NCBI GenBank assembly: GCA_008632985.1
Contig: QPGO01000069.1
Coordinates: forward strand, 418,442-438,441
Length of the DNA stretch: 20,000 bases
Origin: Psammoneis japonica
Lineage: Eukaryota
Direction: 5' to 3'
Position numbers and translations under genes: made by a program. The notes under the pieces are model-generated. The model was not told where the DNA came from and searched no databases. It worked only from the letters and a program-made list of their open reading frames with translations. Shown here one piece after another: positions 1 through 10,780 of this stretch; position 1 is the first letter of the stretch; each line of letters opens with the position of its first letter.

Positions 1-2029
1 TCTGCACAAAGGGCATCAAATTGGTCATCCGGCGGATCATCTGCATCATCTGGCACCTCAACAGAATCATCCTCATCAAGAGACACGTCCGGGACAGACA
101 AAGCATTGACATCAAATGTGGCATGCTTGGGGTCTTCTTGATTCCGGTCCCATTTGTGGTGGATTGCAAGGATTTGCACAAGTGCAAAGTGAAGGACTGC
201 CCAGTTGACGAAGGAAGTCAGAAAGAGTTTCAACAATCTGAGCATCTGTGTGCTTCTTGAGCACACTTGTGGACTTCCATTCATCCCCAGTGGTGTGGGA
301 CAAGTGCTTGGAGCATTTGGTGTTCTTGATGAATGCAGTCATCTCTTGTGGATCATCTGATGTAGAGTCCGCATCAAAGACACAAGTGCACAACTGTGGA
401 AAATCATTGAAAACCATGTGGCAGTCCATCAATGACAGATTGCCTTGAGCAAGACAGGAATCTGCCAATCCAGCAGCTTCATGGTCAAAAGCTGGATGAT
501 TCTTGTGGACACTCTGCTTGAGAGCCTTGCTTCCATTGCCACAGCAGGAGGCAACAATCCGATGGTGCTTGCTGTTCTTGGGGAACATGTCTGACTTGGA
601 TGGAATCTTGTGGAGAGAACTCTGGGCTTCTTTGCAATGGACATGCACGCATTGATGTGAGTCATCATCCTTGCCGTTTCCAATCATGAAACCCTTCTCA
701 CCACCTTGATCCTTGGTGAAACACCACAAAGGGTGGACGCAGTGTCCTGAATTGAAAGAGTGGTGTTGGAAGTTTTGATGCCATGCCTGTGTCCCAGCAG
801 GAGAGTCATCATGACAGATGGGAGGTTCCCTGAACAACATTTTCTGATCAGGAGTTGAGCTCATGACATGAAGCATTCCATCATTGAGAATGATGTGATC
901 AGAAGCATCAACATGATGATGGAAACCATGGTCACAGTGGATGAGAAAACTCTTCAGGGCAGCCGCACCATGTTCCTTGCAGCCGCATTGTTCTCATGCA
1001 TCAGTGGGTGGAGTGTTGGGTTTGAAGAGACACTTCAATGTTGTGGATGATGTGGCACTTCCTGATGTCTTGGCAGTGGCAGTGGAAGGTGGAGCATGGC
1101 TCGACACAAACTTGTGGAGGGCTGTCGCCAAATCATTCACACTGACAGTCGCAGTTCCTGAACCAGTCCAGGATGAGGGTGCAGGCTGTTGCTTCTGCTG
1201 GTGGGGCCCAAGGGAAAACTCTTTCCAATCCTGATGATTCCATGTTGCATCTGGATCAACATGGATGTGTGAGCAGAGATGACAATGAATGAGGTCTGAT
1301 CATGACTTTCTGAAGGTTCATCTTGATCATGGATGACAGAGCTGCAGACATCAAACAAATTGCACAAGGCCTGTTGGGGTCTGCAATGCAGAACAGAGCT
1401 TGGTCCACAATCATTTTGATGGATTGCATGTCCGCAGGGTCCACCGTGCAAGGTGGAAACGCTTGATTGACAAGACAGTCTTGGAGCAAGTCTGCAACAC
1501 TCGTCTTGGGTCAAGCATGCTCTGGATTGTCAAAGAACGGGTCCAGATCAAATGTTGAATCCGCGTGGATCTCATTCAGGCATGCATGGAGATGTGGCAT
1601 CGTCGTGTGTGCTTGGAATTCACGCAACAGATCTCTGCAACAGACGCAGGAGCAGCCTTTGCAAGGTCGGGAGACGCCATGGTTTTACTTGGGGAAAACA
1701 TTTTTGGTCATGCACGTGCAGAAATCTGGCGTGTTTCTACGGTCGTGAAAAATGCGGGAAAACACGAAAAAATTTGTTTCAGGAACAAAGACGAGGCTTG
1801 CTCGATCGGCTCACAAAACAAATGAATCGAAACAGAAAGTGTGGCGCAGAGTTCTGTGACACAGCGCAAGGCCACAACCTGACAGAATGCCGAAGGTCAA
1901 TGACAATGGAGGTGTAAAAGACTCCCCAAGCACTGGGACTGTGACAACATGAGCACCAGCAGATGAGAAGTGAGAGGTCTGGTCATCATCCGTGCACATT
2001 CCATCCATCGTACGATGGACAGGCTGACA
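1..2029 (-). mobile_element. 5' part of a degenerate Ty1/Copia (diatom CoDi-like) LTR retrotransposon: LTR 2029-1880, PBS-like 1879-1868, leader, gag relic ~1680 to <1
   Basis: Minus-strand TGTCAG...CTGTCA unit (150 bp) immediately followed by GGTTGTGGCCTT. The same arrangement recurs at 13023-13285 and 13735-13939. The interrupted reading frame (EFQAHTTMPHLHACLNEIHAD, VADLLQDCLVN, GNGSKALKQSVHKNHPAF) is homologous to other relics in the window and resembles diatom Copia Gag (G.GY.AL..I...HP) once His/Cys are read as Tyr. Confidence 0.7.
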
Positions 2030-2102
2030 ACCCTCTGCTCTCTGCCGGCACTCTAGAGAGCAGATTGGCACCTCTCCCCTTGCAGCTTTGGCAGCACTGG
2101 TT

Positions 2103-2747
2103 AAACCAGGCCTGCGGGGAGCATTGACCACTTGTCTTTCTTTTTGTGGGTGTGGGTGTGTGCCGTTGCATGCTGCATTGCCTGTGCGCACGCAGGTGGC
2201 AGCGTGGCCACCACACCGGTGACGCGGATGACCGTTGTGTCTGATGTCTCATGCCATTTTTGGGGCTGCAGCGAGGTGCACGGACACTCTTTTTTTTCCA
2301 ATTTATCGCCACAATGGCGCATCGCACAAACTCACTTGTTGTTTGATGTGTTTTCCCAGTGTGACTGTCTCGTGCAGAATTCACGATTGATTGTCTTTGT
2401 TCACAACTGAGTGCATTTTTCAACATGCCACGCCGGCAATCCCAATTTTTGAGAACTTTCGAGCTCTCCTGAAAAACCGTGCCACGCACCCGTCGCAGGG
2501 AATTTGTCGATTTTTTAGGATGTCCCCACGACCTCTCATGTCCTCAATGATCATTCTGCGAATCCAAAGAATTCATCTGTGCCAGACAACCCATGCCGTT
2601 CCAAAATCTGAGGGACACACTTTCAAATTCAGATGGACTGCCCGACTGCCCGACTGCCCGACTGCCCGACTGCCTGACTGTCCGACTGCCCGACTGCCGG
2701 ACCGACACGAAAAAGTCTGCAATCACCAACCACTGAGTGGTCAATGA
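2103..2747 (-). mobile_element. Non-autonomous Helentron/HINE (DINE-1-like) element, copy A
   Basis: 11-bp subterminal inverted repeats CATTGACCACT (2122-2132) / AGTGGTCAATG (2736-2746), terminal hairpin ACCACTGAGTGGT, 8-bp tandem array CCCGACTG near that end, and minus-strand end GGCCTGGTTT. Near-identical to 2763-3419. Confidence 0.6.
2641..2696. repeat. 8-bp tandem repeat (CCCGACTG)x7; counterpart x6 at 3321-3368
   Basis: Read directly from the sequence; a few variant units (CCTGACTG, TCCGACTG, CCCGACCC). Confidence 0.95.
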
Positions 2748-2762
2748 AATGTGTGCTTGTGG

Positions 2763-3419
2763 AAACCAGGCCTGCGGGGAGCATTGACCACTTGTCTTTC
2801 TTTGTGGGTGTGGGTGCATGTGTGCCGTTGCATGCTGCATCAGGGCCCTGCTGCCGGGGCCGGCATTGTGGCGGCTGAGTGGCATGGCCACCGCACCGGT
2901 GACGCGGATGACCGTCACATTTGATGTCTCATGCCATTTTTGGGGCTGCAGCGAGGTGCACGGACACTCTTTTTTTCCAATTTATCGCCACAATGGCGCA
3001 TCGCACAAACTCACTTATTGTTCGATGTGTTTTCCCCAATGTGACTTTTTCGTGTAGAATTCACGATAAATTGTCTTTGCATGTAACTGAGTGCATTTTT
3101 GAACATGCCACGCCGGCAATCCCAATTTTTCAGAACTTTCGAGCTCTCCTGAAAAACCGTGCCACGTGCCCGTCGTAGGGAATTTATCGATTTTTTAGGA
3201 TGTCCCCACAACCTCTCATGTCCTCAATGATAATTCCAAGAATCCGAAGAATTCATCTGCACTAAACAACCCACACCCTTTCAAAATCCAAGGGACACAC
3301 TTTCAAATTCAGACGGACAACCCGACTGCCCGACTGCCCGACTGCCCGACCCCCCGACTGCCCGACTGCCGGACCGACACGAAAAAGTCTGCAATCACCA
3401 ACCACTGAGTGGTCAATGA
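2763..3419 (-). mobile_element. Non-autonomous Helentron/HINE (DINE-1-like) element, copy B
   Basis: Direct repeat of 2103-2747 after a 15-bp spacer. Same subTIRs (2782-2792 / 3408-3418), hairpin and CCCGACTG array (3321-3368). Confidence 0.6.
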
Positions 3420-3610
3420 TCTGCACCTGTTTCTGCGGACCCCTTCATACCCTGCACTACATCTGAACCAAATTCAGTAGACCAGATTTTCGATGACTAG
3501 GAAATTTGTGCCAAGATGAAACGGGAAACTCTAACCTAAAGTACAAGCATGAATTTGCTGAAATCTGAGAGAATGCATTATGTTTAGTTGTGAAGTGTGG
3601 TTGATCTAGT

Positions 3611-6321
3611 TCATAGCTTCTCAATCTCAGCCTTGAGGTTCTCGGGGGACATGCCGAGCTCCTTCATGACAATGTCACCTGGGGCAGAGAATCCGAAGCG
3701 ATCAACTCCGATGACATTGTCGGCGTACTTGTACCAGAGTCCAGAGACACCGGCTTCCATTGCAATGCGCTTGGTGCACGAAGCAGGGAGGACGCTTTCC
3801 TTGTAGTCATCGCTCTGGCGTTCGTAAAGCTCCATGCAAGGCATAGAAACAACACGGGCACCTGGCATGTCAGCGGTGGCCTTAAGTGCGTGCTGAACCT
3901 CAGATCCAGTGGCAATAACAATAACGTCCAAGTCTTCAGTCTCCTTCTTGGCAATGTATGCTCCCTTGAGGGTTCCCTCACGACGTTCAGCAACGGACAA
4001 GTCGTTGTTCTGGTCGACATTTTGACGAGAGAAGATCAAGGCAGTGGGTCCCTCCTTGCGGGTGACAGAGTGAACCATGGCGGCAACAGTTTCCTCGGCA
4101 TCAGCAGGGCGCATGACATCAACATTAGGGAAAACACGGAGACCACTGACGGTCTCAACAGGCTGGTGGGTAGGACCATCCTCACCAACACCAATAGAGT
4201 CGTGGGTAAGGATCCAGGACACACGGTTGAGCTCAGCAAGACCAGCAACACGGACAGTAGGACGGAAGTAGTCAACAAACACAAGGAAGGTAGATCCAGA
4301 GATCTTGAAAAGACCGTGGTAAGCAAATCCGTTCATGATGGAACCCATGGCGTGTTCGCGGATACCGAAGTAAAGGTTCTTTCCAGCGTAGCTCTTGTCG
4401 AAACCGGCGCCGAAGTTTCCTCCGTCTTCGATGTAGTTACGGGTGGAGCCATGAAGGTCGGCGGATCCAGAAACGTAATACGGGACGGCCTTGGAAATTT
4501 CCTGAATGGCCTTGTTCTGAGAGACACGGGTGGCCTCGGCATCAGTGCCCATGTCGGGGATGGACTTGATCATTTCCTCGGCAGAGGCAGTCTTGTCATT
4601 GATGGCATCGTCAAGCTGCGAGGCAAGGTCGGGGTTGGCCTCCTTCCAAGCGGAGAAGGTCTTTTGCCATTCATCGTAGGCAGCCTCGTTCTTGGCCTGT
4701 ACGTCCTTGAAAAAGTCGCGGGTTCCTTCCGAAACATACCACTTTTCTCCATCAGGAAGACCAATGTTCTTCTTGGCCTTGTCAACGTAAGGAACACCGG
4801 CTTCTCCGTGAGCAGCGTTGGTTCCCTCGGTTTCTTCCATGCCCTTACCAATGATAGTGTTGCACTTGATGAACTTGGGCTTGCCGTTGTCGCTGGCCTT
4901 GGCGGAAGCGATGGTTTCCTCAACAGTGGCAAGATCGTGACCGTCAATATCATAGACTTCCCATCCGTACGCCTCGTAACGCTTGAGAATATCCTCGGAC
5001 TGAGTGTACTCCGCCATCTTATCAAGGGTGACCTCGTTGGCGTCGTAGAGAACAATGAGGTTATCAAGCTTCTCGTGGGCCGCAAAGGCAGCAGCCTCGG
5101 CGGAGACACCCTCTTGGAAGCAACCATCTCCAGCTAGAGCAAAGATGTGGTGGTCAAAGATCTTGTGGTCATCGGTGTTGTAAACTGCCTCGGCCATCTT
5201 CTCGGAAGCGGCGAAACCAACCGCGTTGGCAACACCCTGTCCAAGGGGTCCCGTAGTGCACTCAATTCCGGGTGTGTTGTGTTCAGAGTTGGGGAACTCG
5301 GGGTGACCAGGGGTCATGGAGTGATGTTGACGGAAGTTCTTCAACTCCTCCATGGGGAGGTCGTATCCGGCAAGGTTGAGCCATGAGTAGATGAACATGG
5401 AGCCATGTCCGGCAGAAAGGATGAAACGATCACGGTTAATCCATTCGGGGTCCTTGGCATTGTAGCTCATCTACATTTTGTGAAGAGAATTCGGAAAAAG
5501 AACAAAGTCGTGAGCGCAAAAAATCGAAACGACATCATATCACTTGCGGTCGCCAGCCCACGTCACTGATCGCAGTAGAAAGTGTACAGATTTCTACGCG
5601 CGACAAATGGACTCAGTACCTGACCACGTATGTGTTTTCAAAAAAGGAACGCAATGATGTCTCACGTACCTGGGAGCCGTAAAGCGAGGCACCAATCTCA
5701 GCAGCACCAAGAGGAAGACCCATGTGTCCAGAGTGAGCTGCAGCAATGGAGTCCATAGCAAGACCACGTGCTTCGTTGGCAGCAGTGGCGAGAGCGGCCA
5801 AAGTGTCCGTCTCGGTGGCAGTGCTCATCTTGAGAACATTGCTCTGCATGACACCAAGAAAGATCGAGAGTATACCAACAAGCATAATGGACCAAGTAAA
5901 TGCATTAATATTGGAGAGTATCATTGTTTCATTGTCAAGAGTGCGTACGAGAGAGAAAACGGGGAGAGAAAAAATGTGAGTTAGTCGTAGGATTCTGAGA
6001 AACTTGCTCCATGCCACACAAAATCCGACAAATCACATGCAAGACAAAATAGCTGAATTTCTCCAAGTCAACAAGCGATCATTGCAGCCCTCGCTGTGAC
6101 GAAGCAAGTCGACAAAGACTGAACGTCGTATTTCCTTTGCAGGCGCGAACCAGAAGGTGTTTTCCCGACACAGTTACGGGGAACAAGCGCATATTGTGCA
6201 TATCTTTCTTGTTACGTACCTGGCGGACTGCAAAGCGAGCAGATTTAAGAGGAGTTCCGGCAAATCCGTTGACACCGGCGGACAAAGCCGTCGCGGCGAT
6301 AGCAAGCATGGAGAACTTCAT
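3611..6321 (-). CDS. TKL: Plastid-targeted transketolase, 3 exons (6321-6220, 5843-5670, 5470-3611), ~711 aa
   Basis: Transketolase motifs [40 protein letters not shown] (ThDP-binding), [24 protein letters not shown]. Two phase-0 introns with GTACGT donors (6219, 5669) and CAG/TAG acceptors (5844, 5471) join in frame. N-terminus [30 protein letters not shown] is a signal peptide plus Phe-initiated transit peptide, typical of diatom/heterokont plastid proteins. Confidence 0.95.
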
Positions 6322-6664
6322 CGTGAAAGAAAGCGTGGTTAGAGAACCCACAAGCTTTTTATGAGAAGGCATCAATCAAAGCCGAATGGTTGTTGTGCAG
6401 ATCAACAGCGCGACACGTACGTACGCGTCGTCGACGTTGGATCTTTATTTTTTTCGTGGCGGGAAAAAGCGTGGCGAAGTGCCACCTTTCCTTCACTCTT
6501 TCCCATTGAATACTAATTTTTTCGAAACAGATGGAGGAATCGTGGCCAAGATTCAATCTTTTCAAAAAACATTCCAAATCACAAGTCCGAAGCCAAGATT
6601 CCTTCTCAAAAGATTCCTGTGGTGACGGGCAGACCGCCCGAAAATGCTGAACTAAGATAGATAG

Positions 6665-7281
6665 ACAGACAGTCGCGACGACCAGACTGTTGGCAGGGGT
6701 TGGCCACGACATGTCATTCGTTCATTCAAGCAAAGCGGAAGACTTCACAGTTGAACAATGCAGAGCAGATTGAGACTGGTGAGGCCCGAACACAAAACGA
6801 AGACGAGGCTGTCCCCAAAATCATCTGTGGGAGGAGGCAAAATGCTGCTTTGCATTGGTTTTTGCTTCCAGCATGCAGGCTGTGGCTGCAAGCCAATGTG
6901 CGCCAGGCTGCCCATGTTGTGACTCCTCCTCCTCACTGTTTCAAGCTGGAGGCAGGCCAGAGTTTTGCAACCGTGCCAGGTTCTTGTAGGAGCAAAACGC
7001 TGCGTTGTTGTGCCGCACAGTGCATGCTGGCAAGGACAGAGCAGCTGCTTTCTCTCTTTTCTCTGGAGGAGAAAGCTGGCCAAGAACAGCTCTTTGCCCA
7101 GACTCCTCTGTTCTTCGTTGGCATCTCTTGACCCTTCAACAACTGGGAAGTGAAGAGAGTTCTTGCTCAATGCCACTGGCTGCCCTCCATCTCCTGGGCA
7201 CTGCTGCCATGCTGTTTGTCAAATTTCGTGTCTCTCAAATTTCTCTGAACAGATGGACCTGCCTTGTTGTTTGTGGTTTGA
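6665..7281. other. TpA-depleted island of unknown origin in the TKL/ASF1 divergent intergenic region
   Basis: Only one TA (~6987) seen in ~620 bp, with TA common on both sides. No termini or family motif confidently recognised. Confidence 0.6.
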
Positions 7282-7679
7282 CTAATCAAACGTCTTTCAA
7301 AAGAGTTTATTTTTATCTTTTGATGAGTGCCGTTGCGTTGTGTTGGGTTTTCTCTGCCGTGTGTCTTCGAGCTCCGAAAAGTAAACCTCGCGCGCCAGGA
7401 ATGAAGAGAAAGCAAGCCCGTAGAATTTGTACCTGGGTGCTACCACCCGGTGATCGAGCTGTCGCGTTGCGTTTCGCCGCATTTTCTGCTTCAGCTTCAG
7501 CGACGACACAACACCCTTGATCGGTTTGTGCTTTGAGAGTTCGACACAGCGTTTGCTATTCTTATCGCTATACCAGCCGTTTCTCAGCAGGATCATCTCT
7601 ACGTTTATCAGTCATTTTTGCTTCGAGTTATTCCGAAATTAGCAATTAGAACTGCATCATACAACATAAATCTTTCACA

Positions 7680-8484
7680 ATGGCGCTCGTCAATGTATGC
7701 AACATGGTAAGTCACCGCAAACGCTCTGCCCGATTCGTAAGGAGGCAATTGCCGCACTCAATGTCTTTTTCTTGTATATAACGCACCAGGTGGTTCTCGA
7801 TAATCCAACAAACTTTAGCAATCCGTTTCAATTCGAAATTACCTTTGAATGCTTACAAGAGCTCGAAGACGGTACGTGAGCAATCTCTGTATGAGACTTG
7901 AAGCTAGCTCCTTATCTATCACCCCATAAACCTCACAGCTTTTCCCGTTATTTATTATAGATTTGGAATGGAAGGTGCTGTATGTTGGCTCAGCAGAGTC
8001 ATTTACACACGATCAAGTTCTGGATGAAGTCATGGTGGGTCCGGTGCCGGTGGGCCTCAACAAGTTTGTCTTGCAGGCGGACGCCCCCGATCCACAATCG
8101 ATTCCTCGTGAAAGTCTCTTGGGGGTCACGGTGGTCTTGGTTACTTGCAGCTACCGAGAACAGGAGTTTGTTCGGATTGGATACTATGTCAACAATGAAT
8201 ACGAGGGACACGATGCAACTCAGGAAGACGCTCCTCCACTCCCAGAGACGCTCGATATGAACAAGGTGTTGAGAACAATCTTGGCGGATAAGCCACGTGT
8301 CACGAGATTCCCCATTACGTGGAATAGCGACGGCAGACAGGCTCAGCAGGAAGCACAAGGCGATGAAAACATGACGTCTCCGGCCAAGGTTGCTGATGCG
8401 AATACTCATGCAGCTTCTGAAGATATGGATATTGGCACAGGTATGCATGTGGTTACACCCATGGATACCGCCATGCAAATGTAA
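7680..8484 (+). CDS. ASF1: Histone H3-H4 chaperone ASF1, 3 exons (7680-7706, 7790-7871, 7961-8484), ~210 aa
   Basis: Spliced product MALVNVCNM-VVLDNPTNFSNPFQFEITFECLQELED-DLEWKVLYVGSAES..HDQVLDEVMVGPVPVG..KFVLQADAPD..GVTVVLVTCSY..QEFVRIGYYVNNEY..KPRVTRFPITW matches the ASF1 fold. Canonical GTAAGT/GTACGT donors and CAG/TAG acceptors keep frame. Confidence 0.95.
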
Positions 8485-8920
8485 AGCAGATATTTTGCTC
8501 ATGGCATGATTCTTCGGTTTCGTTTTATTTTCAGAAGAAACATGATATTGTAAGTCCTACAAGTTGAGACAGGGGTGATTGGTGGTTTACCGCAACAATT
8601 ATTGAGCTTCTGTTAGGTATGTTGTAAACTAAGACACCAGAGACACGGGATATAGAAATTGAGCCAAACAAGAACTATCGCTTTAGCTTGAAAATCGCTG
8701 TTAAATTGTAGCTTGCAGCAAAGTCACTCTTGAACCTCTAAAGCACACACGCGACGACGATTCAAAGCTCTTGTCGAGAAACTGAAAACTAAAATACATG
8801 TTTTCTCTACCGACAATCCATTCTTATGTGAGAAAACCAAAGCCCTTATGCCCCCATCGCGTGATTGCTCTTGTTACTCACGTAGCCGTCTATGATTTTC
8901 ACCGAAAGCTTGTAAGTTTT

Positions 8921-9205
8921 CTACCGTTGCATGTTGGTTGGCCTAGCTCCACCGTCGACCCGTTTATCCCACATTTTGAGCCATGTACACAAGGTACAGG
9001 TACGTTCAAATAGAAACGGCTTTGACCACTGCTTGTCTGGAAACCCATCGCGGGCCTTTGTTTCGCGGCAGTATCCGCACATAACCATACCGACAACATG
9101 ACGTTGCCTCTTGCAGGGAGGCTCTGATGCGTCGGAGTGACGGATCATATGATGGCTGTTAGTTGTGTCAACCATGACGACGTCCGGTACGGATTCGACT
9201 TGCAT
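8921..9205 (-). CDS. Putative small (94 aa) zinc-finger protein, CxxC..K..F..QW..R.CxxC (Stc1-like finger)
   Basis: ORF from ATG 9205 reads MQVESVPDVVMVD...PPCKRQR (NLS-like)...CGYCRETKARDGFPDKQWSKPFLFERTCTLC. It lies in normal-composition DNA, head-to-head with the BAP31-like gene (~325 bp apart) and tail-to-tail with ASF1. Confidence 0.55.
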   Translation of the reverse strand: MQVESVPDVVMVDTTNSHHMIRHSDASEPPCKRQRHVVGMVMCGYCRETKARDGFPDKQWSKPFLFERTCTLCTWLKMWDKRVDGGARPTNMQR

Positions 9206-9531
9206 GATACCGAGTACAATCCCTTTCTTACACACACAAATGTCTCTCGACAGACTCTTGAGAAATGAAGTGAGAAGTGAGAGCGTCGCTTTGTCGCTTC
9301 AGAAAAAACCGAGGGAAAAAAAATGGCGCGAGGAGACCACAAGCAGAGAGCTCGCGCTGATGACGTCGACCTCGCAAGATTTCATTCCGGCCCGATTCGA
9401 TATTCATTCCCGCCAAAAAAGATCGCCTACTCGCTACTCGCAGAAGCATCAACAAAAAGGACTCAAACCGAAGCGTTTAGAGCCACTTGAGTAGATCGTT
9501 TGCATACACACATTCTATACGCTCTATCATC

Positions 9532-10092
9532 ATGGGACCTGGATGGACACTGTACCTGTTTCTCATGCTGCCACTCCCACTCTTGTCGGTGATGCTTCTC
9601 ACGACGTGCGGCAGGTGGGGTTTTGTGCGAAAGGCGTGTCGAGGCGCCAGCAGTCTGAGCTTTAATGTGGGAAGCTTGGAAATTTCACTCCGCTCTGTTT
9701 GTTTCACGATTTCTGTTATCATGTTTTTGCTTTGCGCCAGAGCAACTACCCAAGTCGCCATGCCAGTAGACGAAGTTCTTTTGACTCCAAGCAGCAAAAT
9801 ACAACTCTATTCCAAAAAGTGGAGAAATGAACGTAATTTTTGGATTAGTGCTCTCATTCTCATCTTATGGTATGTTCTCGGTGGATTGATGAGACTTCAA
9901 GAGGAAAATGCATTATTACGAAACGTGCTCGAAGAACTAGGTTGCGACTTGACGGAATTTCAAGCAAATCAACAAGCCCAGGGGCGAGCGAAGAAGGACA
10001 AAGAGCAACCTGCGAGAGACCCGAAGGACAAGCCAAATGGTAAAACGAACGAAAAACAAGCTTCATCTGGCGAGACAAAAAAAGACAAATGA
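9532..10092 (+). CDS. BAP31: BAP31/BAP29-family ER membrane protein, 186 aa, intronless
   Basis: Three hydrophobic segments, KWRNERNFWIS motif before the third helix, a coiled-coil-like stretch (LQEENALLRNVLEE) and a C-terminal di-lysine ER retrieval signal KKDK. Confidence 0.8.
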   Translation: MGPGWTLYLFLMLPLPLLSVMLLTTCGRWGFVRKACRGASSLSFNVGSLEISLRSVCFTISVIMFLLCARATTQVAMPVDEVLLTPSSKIQLYSKKWRNERNFWISALILILWYVLGGLMRLQEENALLRNVLEELGCDLTEFQANQQAQGRAKKDKEQPARDPKDKPNGKTNEKQASSGETKKDK

Positions 10093-10376
10093 TAGAGAGG
10101 AGTCCATTTTGGCGTGAGGAATCGATCCTGCCATGAGGACAGTTCGTTCTATTAAGTAATTATTGACAGACCCCCACGACCATTATATTGCGGTCATGGT
10201 CTTTTATAATGAAACCTCTATTGACTATGCCCCAGTGTTCAACAATTCGTTAATCGCCAAAGGCTATATCTAGCTTTTTAGCTTCTACTCTCTGCTAGAG
10301 CTAGAATAGTACGGTACAGTAGTAGTAGCTCTCAATTGCGACCAAATTTGAATAAAACATGCCACGCGGCAATTAA

Positions 10377-10780
10377 GGCGGACCGTCGGCTTATTTTTTT
10401 CGCACGTCTTTCCGGGTTTTCAGCATTTTTGACGGGTCGCGACAGAAAATAACACGACAAAAGCACGAGCGACAATGATGATGTTCGCGACGAGCGGTGA
10501 GTTGCAAAGTATCACCTCACGAGGGACACTCATTGGTTTTATTATCATGATGTGGTGCAGATTGATTCACATGCTTTCGTCCCTCGTGCCACTGGGCCAA
10601 TTTTGAGAGACAGCGCAATGGCCGTCATCGTCGTGCTTCGATCGCGGAGCATGGCTGTTCTCGTTTTTCGAGGGCGATCGAACAATTCTTGTATTTAAAA
10701 TTAACAAATGTAAATAAACGCATCCAAACACAATGCCAATTTTAGGATCAAATGCTGAAAAAATATGTCGGCGGTCCCCC
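10377..10780. mobile_element. 404-bp MITE with ~23-bp imperfect TIRs and TTAA target-site duplication (Kolobok-like GG..CC termini)
   Basis: TTAA(10373-10376) GGCGGACCGTCGGCTTATTTTTT ... AAAAAATATGTCGGCGGTCCCCC TTAA(10781-10784); 19/23 TIR match. Internal inverted pair CACGAGGGAC / GTCCCTCGTG. Confidence 0.75.

Noticed and set aside
2641..3368. CRISPR-like array
   Set aside because: Contiguous 8-bp units without spacers, inside a eukaryotic repeat.
3890..5137. 415-aa plus-strand ORF and other ORFs overlapping transketolase
   Set aside because: Antisense or alternate-frame shadow of a strongly codon-biased gene; no independent motifs.
7030..7085. RTEQLLSLFSLEEKAGQ resembling the GH3 glycosidase N-terminal motif
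   Set aside because: Single short match with no other GH3 motifs nearby; likely chance.
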